Under the pieces are notes generated by a model, which was not told the origin of the DNA, did not search any database, and saw only the letters and a list, made by a program, of their open reading frames with translations. This document shows positions 1-9,643 of a DNA stretch of 64,000 bases, in pieces. Each line of letters opens with the position of its first letter. Position 1 is the stretch's first letter. The position numbers were made by a program, and so were the translations under genes. Source of the stretch: Pseudomonadota bacterium. Lineage in GTDB: Bacteria; Desulfobacterota; Desulfobacteria; Desulfobacterales; RPRI01. The DNA is taken from positions 1-64,000 of the forward strand of contig JBDRRF010000005.1 of assembly GCA_043825875.1 (NCBI GenBank). The letters run 5' to 3'.

Positions 1-656
1 TTGAAGAGATCTTCGGCAAACTTTGGCAATTGTCCGGTGCTTGTCATACTTTGCTTGTTAACAATAAATGGAGGCAAAACTTCGGTATAGCCGTGTTCAG
101 TTGTATGTATGTCCACCATGAAATTTATCAGCGCTCTTTCAAGTCTTGCCCCCGCGCCAAAATATAATGGGAAGCGAGCACCTGTGATCTTTGAGGCTCT
201 GTCAAAGTCAAATATCTTTAGATATTCACCTATTTCCCAGTGGCTTTTCGGTTCAAATTCAAAAGCCGGCCTTTCCCCAACCATTTTTACGGCTAAATTA
301 TCTGAACTGTCCTTACCTTCCGGAACTGAACTATGTGGAATATTTGGGAGTTCAAGAAGAATCTTATTGATCATTTCCTCATTTTTCGAAAGCCCTGAAT
401 CGAGATTTTTTATTTTAGCGGAGACATTGCGCATTTCTAATACGAGGGCATTTGCATCATCGCCCTTTTTTTTCAAGGTTGCAATTTGTTCTGAAACAAT
501 ATTTCGTTGATGCCTCAGTTCTTCAATTTCGGTAAGAATTAATCGCATTTTTGCGTCGTAATGCTTAAATCCTTCAATATCAGCAACTTTGCCCCGTTTT
601 GCTATAGAATTTTGAACAAGATCCAGATTTTGTCTAACAAATTTGATTTCCAGCAT
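1..656 (-). CDS. serS: Seryl-tRNA synthetase, N-terminal part (runs off the left edge)
   Basis: Manual minus-strand translation from ATG at 656: MLEIKFVRQNLDLVQ...HWEIGEYLKIFDFDRASKITGARF...ARLERALINFM...TGQLPKFAEDLF, typical SerRS. Not in the ORF track because it is truncated. Confidence 0.95.
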   Translation of the reverse strand, partial: MLEIKFVRQNLDLVQNSIAKRGKVADIEGFKHYDAKMRLILTEIEELRHQRNIVSEQIATLKKKGDDANALVLEMRNVSAKIKNLDSGLSKNEEMINKILLELPNIPHSSVPEGKDSSDNLAVKMVGERPAFEFEPKSHWEIGEYLKIFDFDRASKITGARFPLYFGAGARLERALINFMVDIHTTEHGYTEVLPPFIVNKQSMTSTGQLPKFAEDLF

Positions 657-815
657 AATTATTCCTACTTTTATGTCAAATATAAGCCATATCAACAAGC
701 TCTGCAGGGTTTATTAAAGAAAATAATAAAAAGGGTGCGGCAAAATAGTTTTATTATCATAATACCAGTTTACTTTTAACCACGTACAAGCTTTTTAGTC
801 AATGATTTTTATAAG

Positions 816-844
816 TTGACTTTTATCACCAATCCTGCTATAAA
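816..844 (+). promoter_or_regulatory. Putative sigma70 promoter of the cyclo-ligase gene
   Basis: TTGACT-17 nt-TATAAA, with TG just upstream of the -10. Confidence 0.55.
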
Positions 845-877
845 AAACATTAATTTCCAAATTCCGGGAGACAATAT

Positions 878-1465
878 ATGGAAGAGTTGCGAGTAAAAAA
901 ACTTGAAATACGAAATAATATATCCAAAATTATCAATAAGCTTTCTTCTAACAATATACCCAAAATAAAGAAAAGTTTAGAACAACGGCTTTTTGATTTT
1001 GCAAATTTTGTCGAAGCAAAAATATCTTTATTATATATTAATACTGAATATGAGGTTGCAAGCAAAAATATTATCAATAATTCTATTAAGTTTAACAAGA
1101 CTGTTGTTCTCCCCTCCTATAATAAAGAAACACATGAAATAGTATTGATGAAGATTGATAATTTTACAAAAGATTTAAAGCCTGGGGAAAATGGTGTTTT
1201 GGAGCCTGATGCCAAAAGATGTAAGATAGTTCCAATAGAATTTATTGAAATAGCAATAATCCCCGGCCTTGCTTTTGATGAGAAGGGAGGAAGGATAGGT
1301 TCCGGTGATGGTTTATATGACAGATTGATTCCAAAACTTCCTTCTACTGCAAGAAAAGTAGGTCTGGCATATGAGAGCCAGATTATGCAACAAGTGCCGA
1401 TGGAGTCTCATGATAAACATGTAGATATAGTAATTACAGAAGATAGAGTAATATACAGGATTTAA
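878..1465 (+). CDS. 5-formyltetrahydrofolate cyclo-ligase
   Basis: IIPGLAFDEKGGRIGSGDGLYDR and HDKHVDIVITE motifs. Confidence 0.92.
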   Translation: MEELRVKKLEIRNNISKIINKLSSNNIPKIKKSLEQRLFDFANFVEAKISLLYINTEYEVASKNIINNSIKFNKTVVLPSYNKETHEIVLMKIDNFTKDLKPGENGVLEPDAKRCKIVPIEFIEIAIIPGLAFDEKGGRIGSGDGLYDRLIPKLPSTARKVGLAYESQIMQQVPMESHDKHVDIVITEDRVIYRI

Positions 1466-1474
1466 GCATATATT

Positions 1475-4400
1475 TTAAAATTCTGACATATGTTCTAATA
1501 ATGGAATAAATACGGATTCCGATATTTTTATAAATGAATCATTAAATATATCAAGAGAGTCTGTTTGCCCGAAACAAGTTTTGTAATACAGATCATAAGA
1601 AGTCATCCGGTTATAACCGCCTTCCAATTTATTGCAAACATCATTTATCGCATCTTTAATATTTTTATTGCCAATGTGAACTTGCCTTACATACTCGTAA
1701 GATAAATCAGGAAAAAAATTAAGTGGGTTTAAAAGGCCTTCCCAGTAAAGGTCAAGAAGCTTTGCGAGAATATCCCGGCTGTTTGAGGTATGTTTAAATC
1801 CAACTTCTTTATCCATACAAATAAGCAATGAGCTAAGTTGTTTTTTATTATAATATGTTGAACATAAGGCAAGATGATATAACCATGACTTGATAATATC
1901 TTTTGCTTTCATTGTAGCATATCTTAAGTTGATTATGCCGTCATCATGACAATTATCTAACCTTCCTGTTAATGAAAAACTATTTATTGTAATATCAAGT
2001 TCTAAAGAAGATAATATTTTACCTTCTTTGGCAGCTTCAGTTTTTTCTATAAAATTTTTTGCATCAATACTTGATTCGTTTAGCAGTATATCCCCGATTT
2101 TTTCATGGGGAAGCGTACCTTGTGATTTATATGAATTGAGACAAAAATCTAAAGATTTGCCTGCCTGTAAATCTGCCAAAAGGTTTTGATTAACCAGATA
2201 ATTATCAAGACCAGTCAAAGAAAAAATCTCTTTATCCGGTAAAGCGTATTGTACTTCTTCAAAATATATTCCTAGTCGTTTTTGAAGAAGATATTTTGCA
2301 GGATTTGCGAAAAAACTGCTCAAGGAATCAATATCTACTATTTTCCATTCATCAGAAGGAAAAGAGAGTTTGTTTGAAATAAAAGGGATATTGTCTTTTT
2401 CTGTAAGCCTGCTTTCATTTAAGCTGCATGCCGCGAGCATATTATCTTCTGAGTAACTGAAAAGCTTTGAGGAATCTTTAAAATAATCCGGAGAAAAAGC
2501 CTGGAGCTTATGAGAAGTTATCATCTTGTCATGGGTGAACCCAAAGCCTTGCTTGATATAATCAAGAAGCTCGCTTACTATTACAGAAGGCGGTATCAAG
2601 CTGTTATCCTGGATGCTTTGCCCGACATAGCTTATATAAAATATTTTTCTTGCGCTTATTAAACCTTCAAGAAATAGATATTTATCATCATTTTTCTTTG
2701 ATCTATCACCCGGTCTGGGATCGCTTGCCATAAGGTCAAAGCTGTATGAATATGAACTTCTTGGGAAAGCATCATTATTCATTCCAAGAATACATATAAC
2801 TTTGAAAGGTATGCTTCTCATTGGAAGCATAGAACAAAATGTTATACCTTTTGTTTTAAATCCGGATACGCTATATTCATTTTCGAGTTTTTTCCTTAAA
2901 TAATATTTAATAATATCAAATTCCAGGTCTTTATCAAAACCTGAAAGCCTGGCATTGTTTAGCAAGTCTCCCAAAACTTTGCGTATATACTGTATGCCAT
3001 GCTGTATCTCATCATTTGTTGTAAAAAAGGTATCAATAATTTCCGAAAGAAGAGTATGCCATTTTTCTATTGTTTGAGATCCTTTTAGCGATTTTCTTAA
3101 ATCAAAGATTTTTTCCAAGAACTCAAGGAAGTTTCCCAATATATTTGCATCAGAGCCCTCGATTTCGCTAAAAGGAAGGATGCCCATATACATAGAATCG
3201 TTATGCTGGGCACCTTTATGGCACATAGTATAGCCCAAGAGCAGTCTTTTTATTCCGGCCTTCCATGTGTTTTCAGAAATTTCAGGAAGACCCAAAGCTG
3301 TTTTATGGGCTCCGTCAATACCCCATCTGATTCTGGTATCTTGCAGCCAACCTCTTATGGTTTCGAGTTCGGATTCAACAAGCCCAAATTTTTCTTTAAT
3401 TCCCGGATATTCTAAAATCGCCATTACATGTGAAACTTCAAATCTGCTCTTACTCAAATCGAGGATAGATAAAAAGCCATCTATGATTTCGTTTTCTTTT
3501 CTTATGGCTCTATCTGAAATGGAAAAAGGAATATGCGGTTCATTATCATCTCTGTTATCAAATACTGCATTGATAAATGGAGTATAAACTTCTATATCCG
3601 GTGCCATTACAAGAATATCATCCGGCAAAATATCAGGATAATCTTCAAACATAGAAAGAAGATTATCGTAAAGCACCTCTATTTCCCTTGTTTGGCTATG
3701 GCATGAATGAAACTGTATGGAATGATCCGGGCCTTCAGGTTTGTAATGATTATCAGAGACATTTCTTTCTTTAAGGTTTAAAATGTCGGATTGTATGCAT
3801 GAAAGTATATCAATGCTTTTCTGATCCTCAAATTCTTCAATTAATATATGTTCGGCAGAAGTAATATATTCGAAAAAAGTTTTACCAAGCTCTCCTAAAG
3901 ATGATAATATGCTGTTTCCCTTTTCAATATGTAAATATTCTTCTTTTATTTTTGTTACATATTTCTTCTTTATTTTACCGGCTTCTTTGTCTGTAAGTAT
4001 ATCTGTCCAGTATTGGTTGCAAGGATTTAAAATAAACATATTAATTTCAACGGTATTTGCTAATTCTTCAATAAGTTGCATATGAAAATGCGGAAGGGAT
4101 GATATGCCAAAAACAGATACTCGTTCAAATAACTTTCCAGAATCAAAAGCCTGGGCTTTAAGTTTTTCAATTAGGGTTTTTTGCAGGTAAGGCCTGTGAC
4201 ATTTTTCATTTTCTTTTATGATTTCTTGCCATAAAATTGCCTGCCACTTATGGTTTATTTTGTTTTCTTCTTTTTTGTTTTCCCAGGAAAAAATAAAATC
4301 CGGTCTGAAAACTGTATACTGATCAAAAAGATTGGCAATTTTTTCGGAAATCTCAAAAAGCTTTAAACTGCTTTTATCGTTTTTAAGATATCTTTTTAAA

Positions 4401-4744
4401 CCTTCAAAATCTGTCCGGTCTAAAAATTCAGGAAGTATTTTTACAAGTTTTAATGTCATTATGTCCGGTGAAAAAAAGTTAGTTCCGGGGATATCTGCGA
4501 AAAAACTCTTAATCATATAATCAAGAAAAGCATTGGGGAAAGGAAAGCGGCAGTTTGCGCAACCACCGTTTTGCTTTGCAATTTGCATCAAGAGCCATCG
4601 TTCCATTGCTTTGCTCTGGACAATTATAATCTCTGGGGAAAGAGAAGATGATAATGACCCGCAAGCAGGATCTCCGACAATCTGAGCAAGCTTTTGGACA
4701 AGAATTTCAAGTTTATTGCTGGTATATATTTTAAGGCCCGGCAT
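1475..4744 (-). CDS. recC: Exodeoxyribonuclease V gamma subunit
   Basis: 1089 aa; YTSNKLEIL, IIVQSKAMERWL, ANLFDQYTVFRPD, HSCHSQTREIEVL, CSMLPMRSIPFKVICILGMN. Confidence 0.95.
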   Translation of the reverse strand: MPGLKIYTSNKLEILVQKLAQIVGDPACGSLSSSLSPEIIIVQSKAMERWLLMQIAKQNGGCANCRFPFPNAFLDYMIKSFFADIPGTNFFSPDIMTLKLVKILPEFLDRTDFEGLKRYLKNDKSSLKLFEISEKIANLFDQYTVFRPDFIFSWENKKEENKINHKWQAILWQEIIKENEKCHRPYLQKTLIEKLKAQAFDSGKLFERVSVFGISSLPHFHMQLIEELANTVEINMFILNPCNQYWTDILTDKEAGKIKKKYVTKIKEEYLHIEKGNSILSSLGELGKTFFEYITSAEHILIEEFEDQKSIDILSCIQSDILNLKERNVSDNHYKPEGPDHSIQFHSCHSQTREIEVLYDNLLSMFEDYPDILPDDILVMAPDIEVYTPFINAVFDNRDDNEPHIPFSISDRAIRKENEIIDGFLSILDLSKSRFEVSHVMAILEYPGIKEKFGLVESELETIRGWLQDTRIRWGIDGAHKTALGLPEISENTWKAGIKRLLLGYTMCHKGAQHNDSMYMGILPFSEIEGSDANILGNFLEFLEKIFDLRKSLKGSQTIEKWHTLLSEIIDTFFTTNDEIQHGIQYIRKVLGDLLNNARLSGFDKDLEFDIIKYYLRKKLENEYSVSGFKTKGITFCSMLPMRSIPFKVICILGMNNDAFPRSSYSYSFDLMASDPRPGDRSKKNDDKYLFLEGLISARKIFYISYVGQSIQDNSLIPPSVIVSELLDYIKQGFGFTHDKMITSHKLQAFSPDYFKDSSKLFSYSEDNMLAACSLNESRLTEKDNIPFISNKLSFPSDEWKIVDIDSLSSFFANPAKYLLQKRLGIYFEEVQYALPDKEIFSLTGLDNYLVNQNLLADLQAGKSLDFCLNSYKSQGTLPHEKIGDILLNESSIDAKNFIEKTEAAKEGKILSSLELDITINSFSLTGRLDNCHDDGIINLRYATMKAKDIIKSWLYHLALCSTYYNKKQLSSLLICMDKEVGFKHTSNSRDILAKLLDLYWEGLLNPLNFFPDLSYEYVRQVHIGNKNIKDAINDVCNKLEGGYNRMTSYDLYYKTCFGQTDSLDIFNDSFIKISESVFIPLLEHMSEF

Positions 4745-4773
4745 ATGATATCTTTTAATAATATATTTAAAAG

Positions 4774-6564
4774 TTATGAACTGTTTTCTTTATCATGTTC
4801 TATATGGTCGTGGTTGTGATAGCGATGGGGTGCATGGTTATGATCTTTTTCTTCTCCTGGATGACTGTGTACGAAATGATGGCTGTGTTCGTGTATGTGC
4901 TCGAACAGATCATAATGCCCGGCATCTTCATGCAGATGAGGCTGAATATGGAGATGTTTATGTATGTGCCTGTGCTCATGTTCATGTTGCAATCTGCTGA
5001 TGGTGCTGCTGCTTTTCTCACGATATGAGTAGGCCAATCCGTTTAAGTTTCCTAAGCGCTTGTCTTCCAGAAAAACTTTTATTGGCATATCTTCTATAAT
5101 CTTTCCCTTGTGCATAACAATGGTGCGTTCTGTCAGCTCTTTGATGAAAAAGATGTCGTGACTTACAAGTAAAAGCGTTGCGTTAAGGTTGGAGAGAATT
5201 GAAAGCAGCAGCTCTTCTCCCTGTGGATCAAGCCCTGCTGTAGGTTCGTCCAGAATAAGAAGTTTTGGATTCATAGCAAGTACGCAGGCGAGCGCAAGAC
5301 GTTTGCGTTCTCCTCCTGAAAGATGCAGAGGAACACGCTCTTCATAACCTTGCATATGAACCATTGCCAGTGCATCTTTTATTCTTCTATCTGCTTCTGT
5401 GCGTGAACAACCAAGCTGAAGCAGTCCAAATTCTATTTCTTCTTTCACACTTGGGCAGAAAAGCTGGTCGGCACAGTCCTGAAAAACCATGCCGATATGA
5501 CGCCAAAGAGTCTTTTGCTGTTTGTGCTTAACAGGGTTTCCTGCAAAATAAAAATCTCCGCTTCCATGAAGAAGACCGAGAAGACATGATAAGAGTGTTG
5601 TTTTGCCAGCTCCGTTTTCTCCTACAATTGATATCCGTTCGTTTTCACAAATCGTGAAATTGATACCGCAAAGCGCAAGTGTTTTGTCAGGATATCGGTA
5701 ATTGTAATCACTAAGAGCTACGAGTTGATTATCATAATTTATTTCGGAAGAAGAAGTTATCTTATGCGCTGTGTTTGTTTGACCGGTAATTGAGTCTGTG
5801 ATGACAAGCCGAAATGAAAAATCAATTCCGTGCGTTTTTAGTGATTGCCTTTGAGATACTAGTTCGCTCATTGTATAATCGTGATGTATGCGGCCCTTAT
5901 CTAAAACCACGGCACGATCGCAAAGTTCGTACAAAAAGATCAAATCATGGCTGATACAAATCAGTGTACCGGAAAAATCCTTTAAGAGATCCAAAAAAAC
6001 TTGCTCCTGATGAGGGTCCAGATTGGCTGTTGGTTCGTCTAAAAACAGCACATCAGGTTGCATGGAAAGTAAACCGGCTAAAGCTGCACGTTTTTTTTGA
6101 CCAAAGCTTAAGTTATGCGGAGCTTTATAGGCCATGTCCGTAAGACTTACTTTTTGTAATGCATAAAGAGCGGCTTGATTTGCATCCGGAATCGAAAGCC
6201 CCTGATTGCGGGGGCCGAAAGCAGTATCTTCTATAAGGGTGTGGCAGAACAACTGATCGTCCGGATCCTGGAAAAGCAGACCGATCTTAAGCCTGCTTTT
6301 AACAAGATGGTCACCTTTAAGAAGTTTTTCTTCATAAAAGACTTCTCCTGACACAGGCGAAAGCAATCCGCATAATTGTTTAACCAGAGTGGTTTTGCCT
6401 GATCCGTTCTGGCCCACAAGGGCGATTCTTTCTCCTTTAGCTATATCTATGTTGATATCGGATAGGGCAAGTGTTTTGTCAGGATATCGATAAAATAGGC
6501 TTCGGGCGGAAAAAAGCGGCGTATCGATAATATGCCTTGTGATATGTTGGTAAGGTTCATGCAT
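4774..6564 (-). CDS. ECF Ni/Co transporter ATPase with two fused CbiO/NikO domains and a His-rich C-terminal tail
   Basis: Two Walker A motifs (GQNGSGKT, GENGAGKT), FQDPDDQLF, LSFGQ and LSGGE signatures; His-rich last ~70 aa. Confidence 0.9.
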   Translation of the reverse strand: MHEPYQHITRHIIDTPLFSARSLFYRYPDKTLALSDINIDIAKGERIALVGQNGSGKTTLVKQLCGLLSPVSGEVFYEEKLLKGDHLVKSRLKIGLLFQDPDDQLFCHTLIEDTAFGPRNQGLSIPDANQAALYALQKVSLTDMAYKAPHNLSFGQKKRAALAGLLSMQPDVLFLDEPTANLDPHQEQVFLDLLKDFSGTLICISHDLIFLYELCDRAVVLDKGRIHHDYTMSELVSQRQSLKTHGIDFSFRLVITDSITGQTNTAHKITSSSEINYDNQLVALSDYNYRYPDKTLALCGINFTICENERISIVGENGAGKTTLLSCLLGLLHGSGDFYFAGNPVKHKQQKTLWRHIGMVFQDCADQLFCPSVKEEIEFGLLQLGCSRTEADRRIKDALAMVHMQGYEERVPLHLSGGERKRLALACVLAMNPKLLILDEPTAGLDPQGEELLLSILSNLNATLLLVSHDIFFIKELTERTIVMHKGKIIEDMPIKVFLEDKRLGNLNGLAYSYREKSSSTISRLQHEHEHRHIHKHLHIQPHLHEDAGHYDLFEHIHEHSHHFVHSHPGEEKDHNHAPHRYHNHDHIEHDKENSS

Positions 6565-6578
6565 TTGTATATTTTACC

Positions 6579-7511
6579 TCAATATATTGTATAGCATATA
6601 ATACGGTCGTAAATGATAAGCGCAATTCCTGCTGCAAGCCAGATTGCTGAAATTACAATATCACTTGTCTTTAGCTTCAACCCGGCAGGTTCGGGAAAAC
6701 GGCCCTTGTATCCGCGAGCACGCATTGCATCAAAAACCCGTTCAGTTCTTTCAAAGCTTCGTACTAAAAGCATTCCGAGAAAATTGGATAAAGCTCGCAA
6801 AGTTTGCATGTTGGTATGTTTTTTAAAACCTCTTACATGCATTCCGGAAGACATACGTTTGGCTTCATGACGAAAGACATGCAAATACCGGTAGCTTAAT
6901 AAAACCATCTGTCCGGCCATTTCCGGAACGCCAAGTCTGGAGAGCCCGTGCAGGGTTACAGGAAGAGGAGCGGTTGATAAAAGAGGCTCCATTAATAAAG
7001 TAATTGCTATAGCCTTTCCGGCAATAGTAGCAGCAAGCAGCAAACCTCTAAGGTTAAAAACAAGCCAATCAATATTCCCAAAAACAATAAGCGTATCTTT
7101 GCTGTGAACGGGAACTGATAAAGGCATTACTATAAAAAACATGCTGATAAAACCTGATATTGCAAGAAGTCTTAGAAGAGTTTTGGAAAATGAAACCCTT
7201 GCAACAAGAAGTACAAGCGATGAGATACAAATTGCAACAAGTGCCGATGTCAGATTTTTAAGTGATGCTATAATAAAACTGAAGACAAGTATTGTCACAA
7301 TTTTAAAGCGAACATCCCAGAGATAAAATGGTGATTTTGAAATGGCTCCGTCAATCGCCGGTACCGACCAGTCACGTTCTTCTTCAGGCACGCTTTGCTT
7401 GTATGCGATGCGCCTTAAAACAGCTATTGTTACTGTAAGGAATGCAACAGGAATCAGTATAAAAACCGGCAGTTGCCATAATGGCAGTTCGATATGGCTT
7501 ATCTCAATCAT
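6579..7511 (-). CDS. ECF transporter T component (CbiQ/NikQ)
   Basis: WDVRFKI, YRYLHVF, LLVRSFERTERVFDAMRARGY; start moved to ATG 7511, which overlaps the upstream gene's end. Confidence 0.88.
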   Translation of the reverse strand: MIEISHIELPLWQLPVFILIPVAFLTVTIAVLRRIAYKQSVPEEERDWSVPAIDGAISKSPFYLWDVRFKIVTILVFSFIIASLKNLTSALVAICISSLVLLVARVSFSKTLLRLLAISGFISMFFIVMPLSVPVHSKDTLIVFGNIDWLVFNLRGLLLAATIAGKAIAITLLMEPLLSTAPLPVTLHGLSRLGVPEMAGQMVLLSYRYLHVFRHEAKRMSSGMHVRGFKKHTNMQTLRALSNFLGMLLVRSFERTERVFDAMRARGYKGRFPEPAGLKLKTSDIVISAIWLAAGIALIIYDRIICYTIY

Positions 7512-8133
7512 TGTTATTTCCGGACGAATCAGAAAATGATAGTTCGAGTAACTCCGGTTTGACATGTGCCAGAAATCTTATGGTAAAAGCAGTCACAAGA
7601 CCCTCAATAATTATTACCGGTACATGCGCTGCCAGCGCTATTTTTGCAACACCAACAAAATCCTCACCACCGGTAAAAAGCAATACAGCCAGAATAATTG
7701 CTGCCAGCACCGTTCCGGTGGCTCCCACCAGTCCTCCTATAACAGTCTGACGCATTATGGTGTTGCCTTTATATTTTTGGAATAACCAGCCGCATATTAT
7801 AGCCGGTAGTCCCATCATGAGAGTATTTGCACCAAGTGCAGTCAATCCCCCGAATTGAAACAGCAGACTTTGCAAAAGAAGGCCGAGACCGATTGAAAGA
7901 AAGGCTGCCGGGCCTAGTAGAGCTCCGGTAAGCCCGGGTATAAGTAAATGAACGCTGGTAGGCCCGAAAGGGATATGTATCAGCGAAGCAACAAAAAAAG
8001 CCGCAGTAACTACTGCAAGTTTGGGAAGATCATTGTTTGAGGTACGGCGTGCGCTCCAGGCAGTAAAACCGGCTGCTGCAATATAACCGCCTATTGTCAC
8101 AGAAATGGGTAGAACCCCGTCTGATATATGCAT
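7504..8133 (-). CDS. ECF S component of CbiM/NikM type
   Basis: N-terminal MHISDGVL metal-binding motif at ATG 8133; SVHLL, GGLTALGAN. Confidence 0.92.
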   Translation of the reverse strand: MHISDGVLPISVTIGGYIAAAGFTAWSARRTSNNDLPKLAVVTAAFFVASLIHIPFGPTSVHLLIPGLTGALLGPAAFLSIGLGLLLQSLLFQFGGLTALGANTLMMGLPAIICGWLFQKYKGNTIMRQTVIGGLVGATGTVLAAIILAVLLFTGGEDFVGVAKIALAAHVPVIIIEGLVTAFTIRFLAHVKPELLELSFSDSSGNNND

Positions 8134-8137
8134 ACTT

Positions 8138-8446
8138 CTATTCCTTTTTGCGTGAAGCAACAAAAGCAGCTGTTCCGAACAGACCGAATATATAGCCGAT
8201 ACCGGAAAAAACATCTTTTAAACCGGGTTTGTCGAGATCGGCGCGAAGCGCTGCTATTTCCCTCTGGATGCGCCTTAGTTCGGAAGATAATTTGCTGTTT
8301 TGCTCTTTTAAAAGCTGCACAACATCATCGCCAGAGTAATTTTGAGGTTTATTCTCCTGTGTAGTCTGCGCCGAAACTTGACCTGTCGTAAAAGTAAAAC
8401 AGGCACACAACAGACCGATCAAAACCGCTCTTTGAACTAGTTTCAT
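8138..8446 (-). CDS. Small exported/membrane protein resembling the C-terminal half of NikL/CbiL-type accessory subunits
   Basis: Signal peptide, coiled coil (LSSELRRIQREIAALR), C-terminal helix DVFSGIGYIFGLFG. Confidence 0.65.
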   Translation of the reverse strand: MKLVQRAVLIGLLCACFTFTTGQVSAQTTQENKPQNYSGDDVVQLLKEQNSKLSSELRRIQREIAALRADLDKPGLKDVFSGIGYIFGLFGTAAFVASRKKE

Positions 8447-8778
8447 TTTCCTGCCTCCACCTCGGCCTTTTTTAACTTATAATTATTCTTATGCCCCATG
8501 GATGCCTCAATAACAATATTTAAATCATCAACCTTAGGTATGGTAAAGTTAAAAAATCCCTTTGCATCTGTAATTCCCTCAAGAAGCTTTTTGTTTTGAC
8601 TGTCAAAAACCAAGACTTTGCCCTTTTCAACCGGGCGGCCATCCGGAAAATAGCTTTCGGTGAAAACCTTCCCTCCTTCCGCATAGGCGAAAAGATTAAC
8701 CTTATGAGCCATTGCGTTTGTGCAAAAAAGCAATAACACAGAAACAAATATTAAAACAAAATTTAATTTTTTCATCAT
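8443..8778 (-). CDS. Periplasmic protein resembling the N-terminal half of NikL/CbiL-type accessory subunits
   Basis: Signal peptide ending AMA-HKVNLFA; EGITDAKGFFNF, ASMGH. Confidence 0.7.
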   Translation of the reverse strand: MMKKLNFVLIFVSVLLLFCTNAMAHKVNLFAYAEGGKVFTESYFPDGRPVEKGKVLVFDSQNKKLLEGITDAKGFFNFTIPKVDDLNIVIEASMGHKNNYKLKKAEVEAGK

Positions 8779-8788
8779 ATCACCCTTT

Positions 8789-9601
8789 TTATTTCATATC
8801 TATGGTATGTACCCAGATAACGGCTCCAATTTCAATCCCTTTTTCCTCTCCTTCATATTTGAGCTTCCAGTCGGCTTCATTTAAAGCGGCAAAACCCCAC
8901 CAACCAGCTCTGGGCATAGCATAACTGAAAACGCCTTTGCTATCGGCTTTTACAACCTGGGTTACATAAGGGTCTGATGGTGCGACAACGATGTTTTTGT
9001 TACCGGGAGATTCATTCAGATATTCTACCTCCACTTCGGCAAATGGTACAGGTTTCCCTTTAAGCAATACCTGGCCGGTAAACAAATTTCCGGTCCACAG
9101 GCCGTATGGCCTTGTAAACGGGATAATTTCAGTTTCCAGGCCAACAGGTTCATCCCATCCTTCTTCTTTACCTAATGCATTAACACATACTTTGGTGTAA
9201 TGAATGATAAAAAGATCTTCCGCCGGTTCCCAGTAAGGGGTGGGCTCTACAAAGAAGGTGTAGTCTCCGGGTCTGCGTATTTTATAATCGGCTGTCCAGA
9301 AGCTGAATTTTTCGCTCTGAACAGGACTTTTGCCTTTGGCTTCCTTAAGAGTACCAAGCAAATCATTTTTTTTGCCGTCATGGATTACACCGAACTGTTT
9401 GGGCTTGACCATTTCCATATAGTGCATTTCCATTGGATGAATAAATTTAATTTGAATATTTATGGTTTTGATATCATCTTTTGAGATGATGTCATCTGAT
9501 GGTATTACAGTTCCGAAATGAGCTGATGCAGGAACACAAGTAAATATAATAGCTGCTGAAACCATAGATATTAATAAGTAAAATAAGTATTTTGTACGCA
9601 T
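8789..9601 (-). CDS. DUF4198-type periplasmic Ni/Co uptake component (NikK-like)
   Basis: ASA-HFG after the signal peptide; [22 protein letters not shown]. Confidence 0.85.
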   Translation of the reverse strand: MRTKYLFYLLISMVSAAIIFTCVPASAHFGTVIPSDDIISKDDIKTINIQIKFIHPMEMHYMEMVKPKQFGVIHDGKKNDLLGTLKEAKGKSPVQSEKFSFWTADYKIRRPGDYTFFVEPTPYWEPAEDLFIIHYTKVCVNALGKEEGWDEPVGLETEIIPFTRPYGLWTGNLFTGQVLLKGKPVPFAEVEVEYLNESPGNKNIVVAPSDPYVTQVVKADSKGVFSYAMPRAGWWGFAALNEADWKLKYEGEEKGIEIGAVIWVHTIDMK

Positions 9602-9643
9602 AGTAAATACCCCCTTAATTTTTTATGTTTGTTATTCTGCTAA

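Noticed and set aside
109..779. Plus-strand ORFs 109-510 and 561-779, and the many other short antisense or nested ORFs in the track
   Set aside because: They are shadows of well-supported genes on the other strand or frame, with no recognisable motifs.
657..877. 6S RNA, often found upstream of 5-formyl-THF cyclo-ligase genes
   Set aside because: The intergenic region is AT-rich with divergent promoters and no long irregular hairpin.
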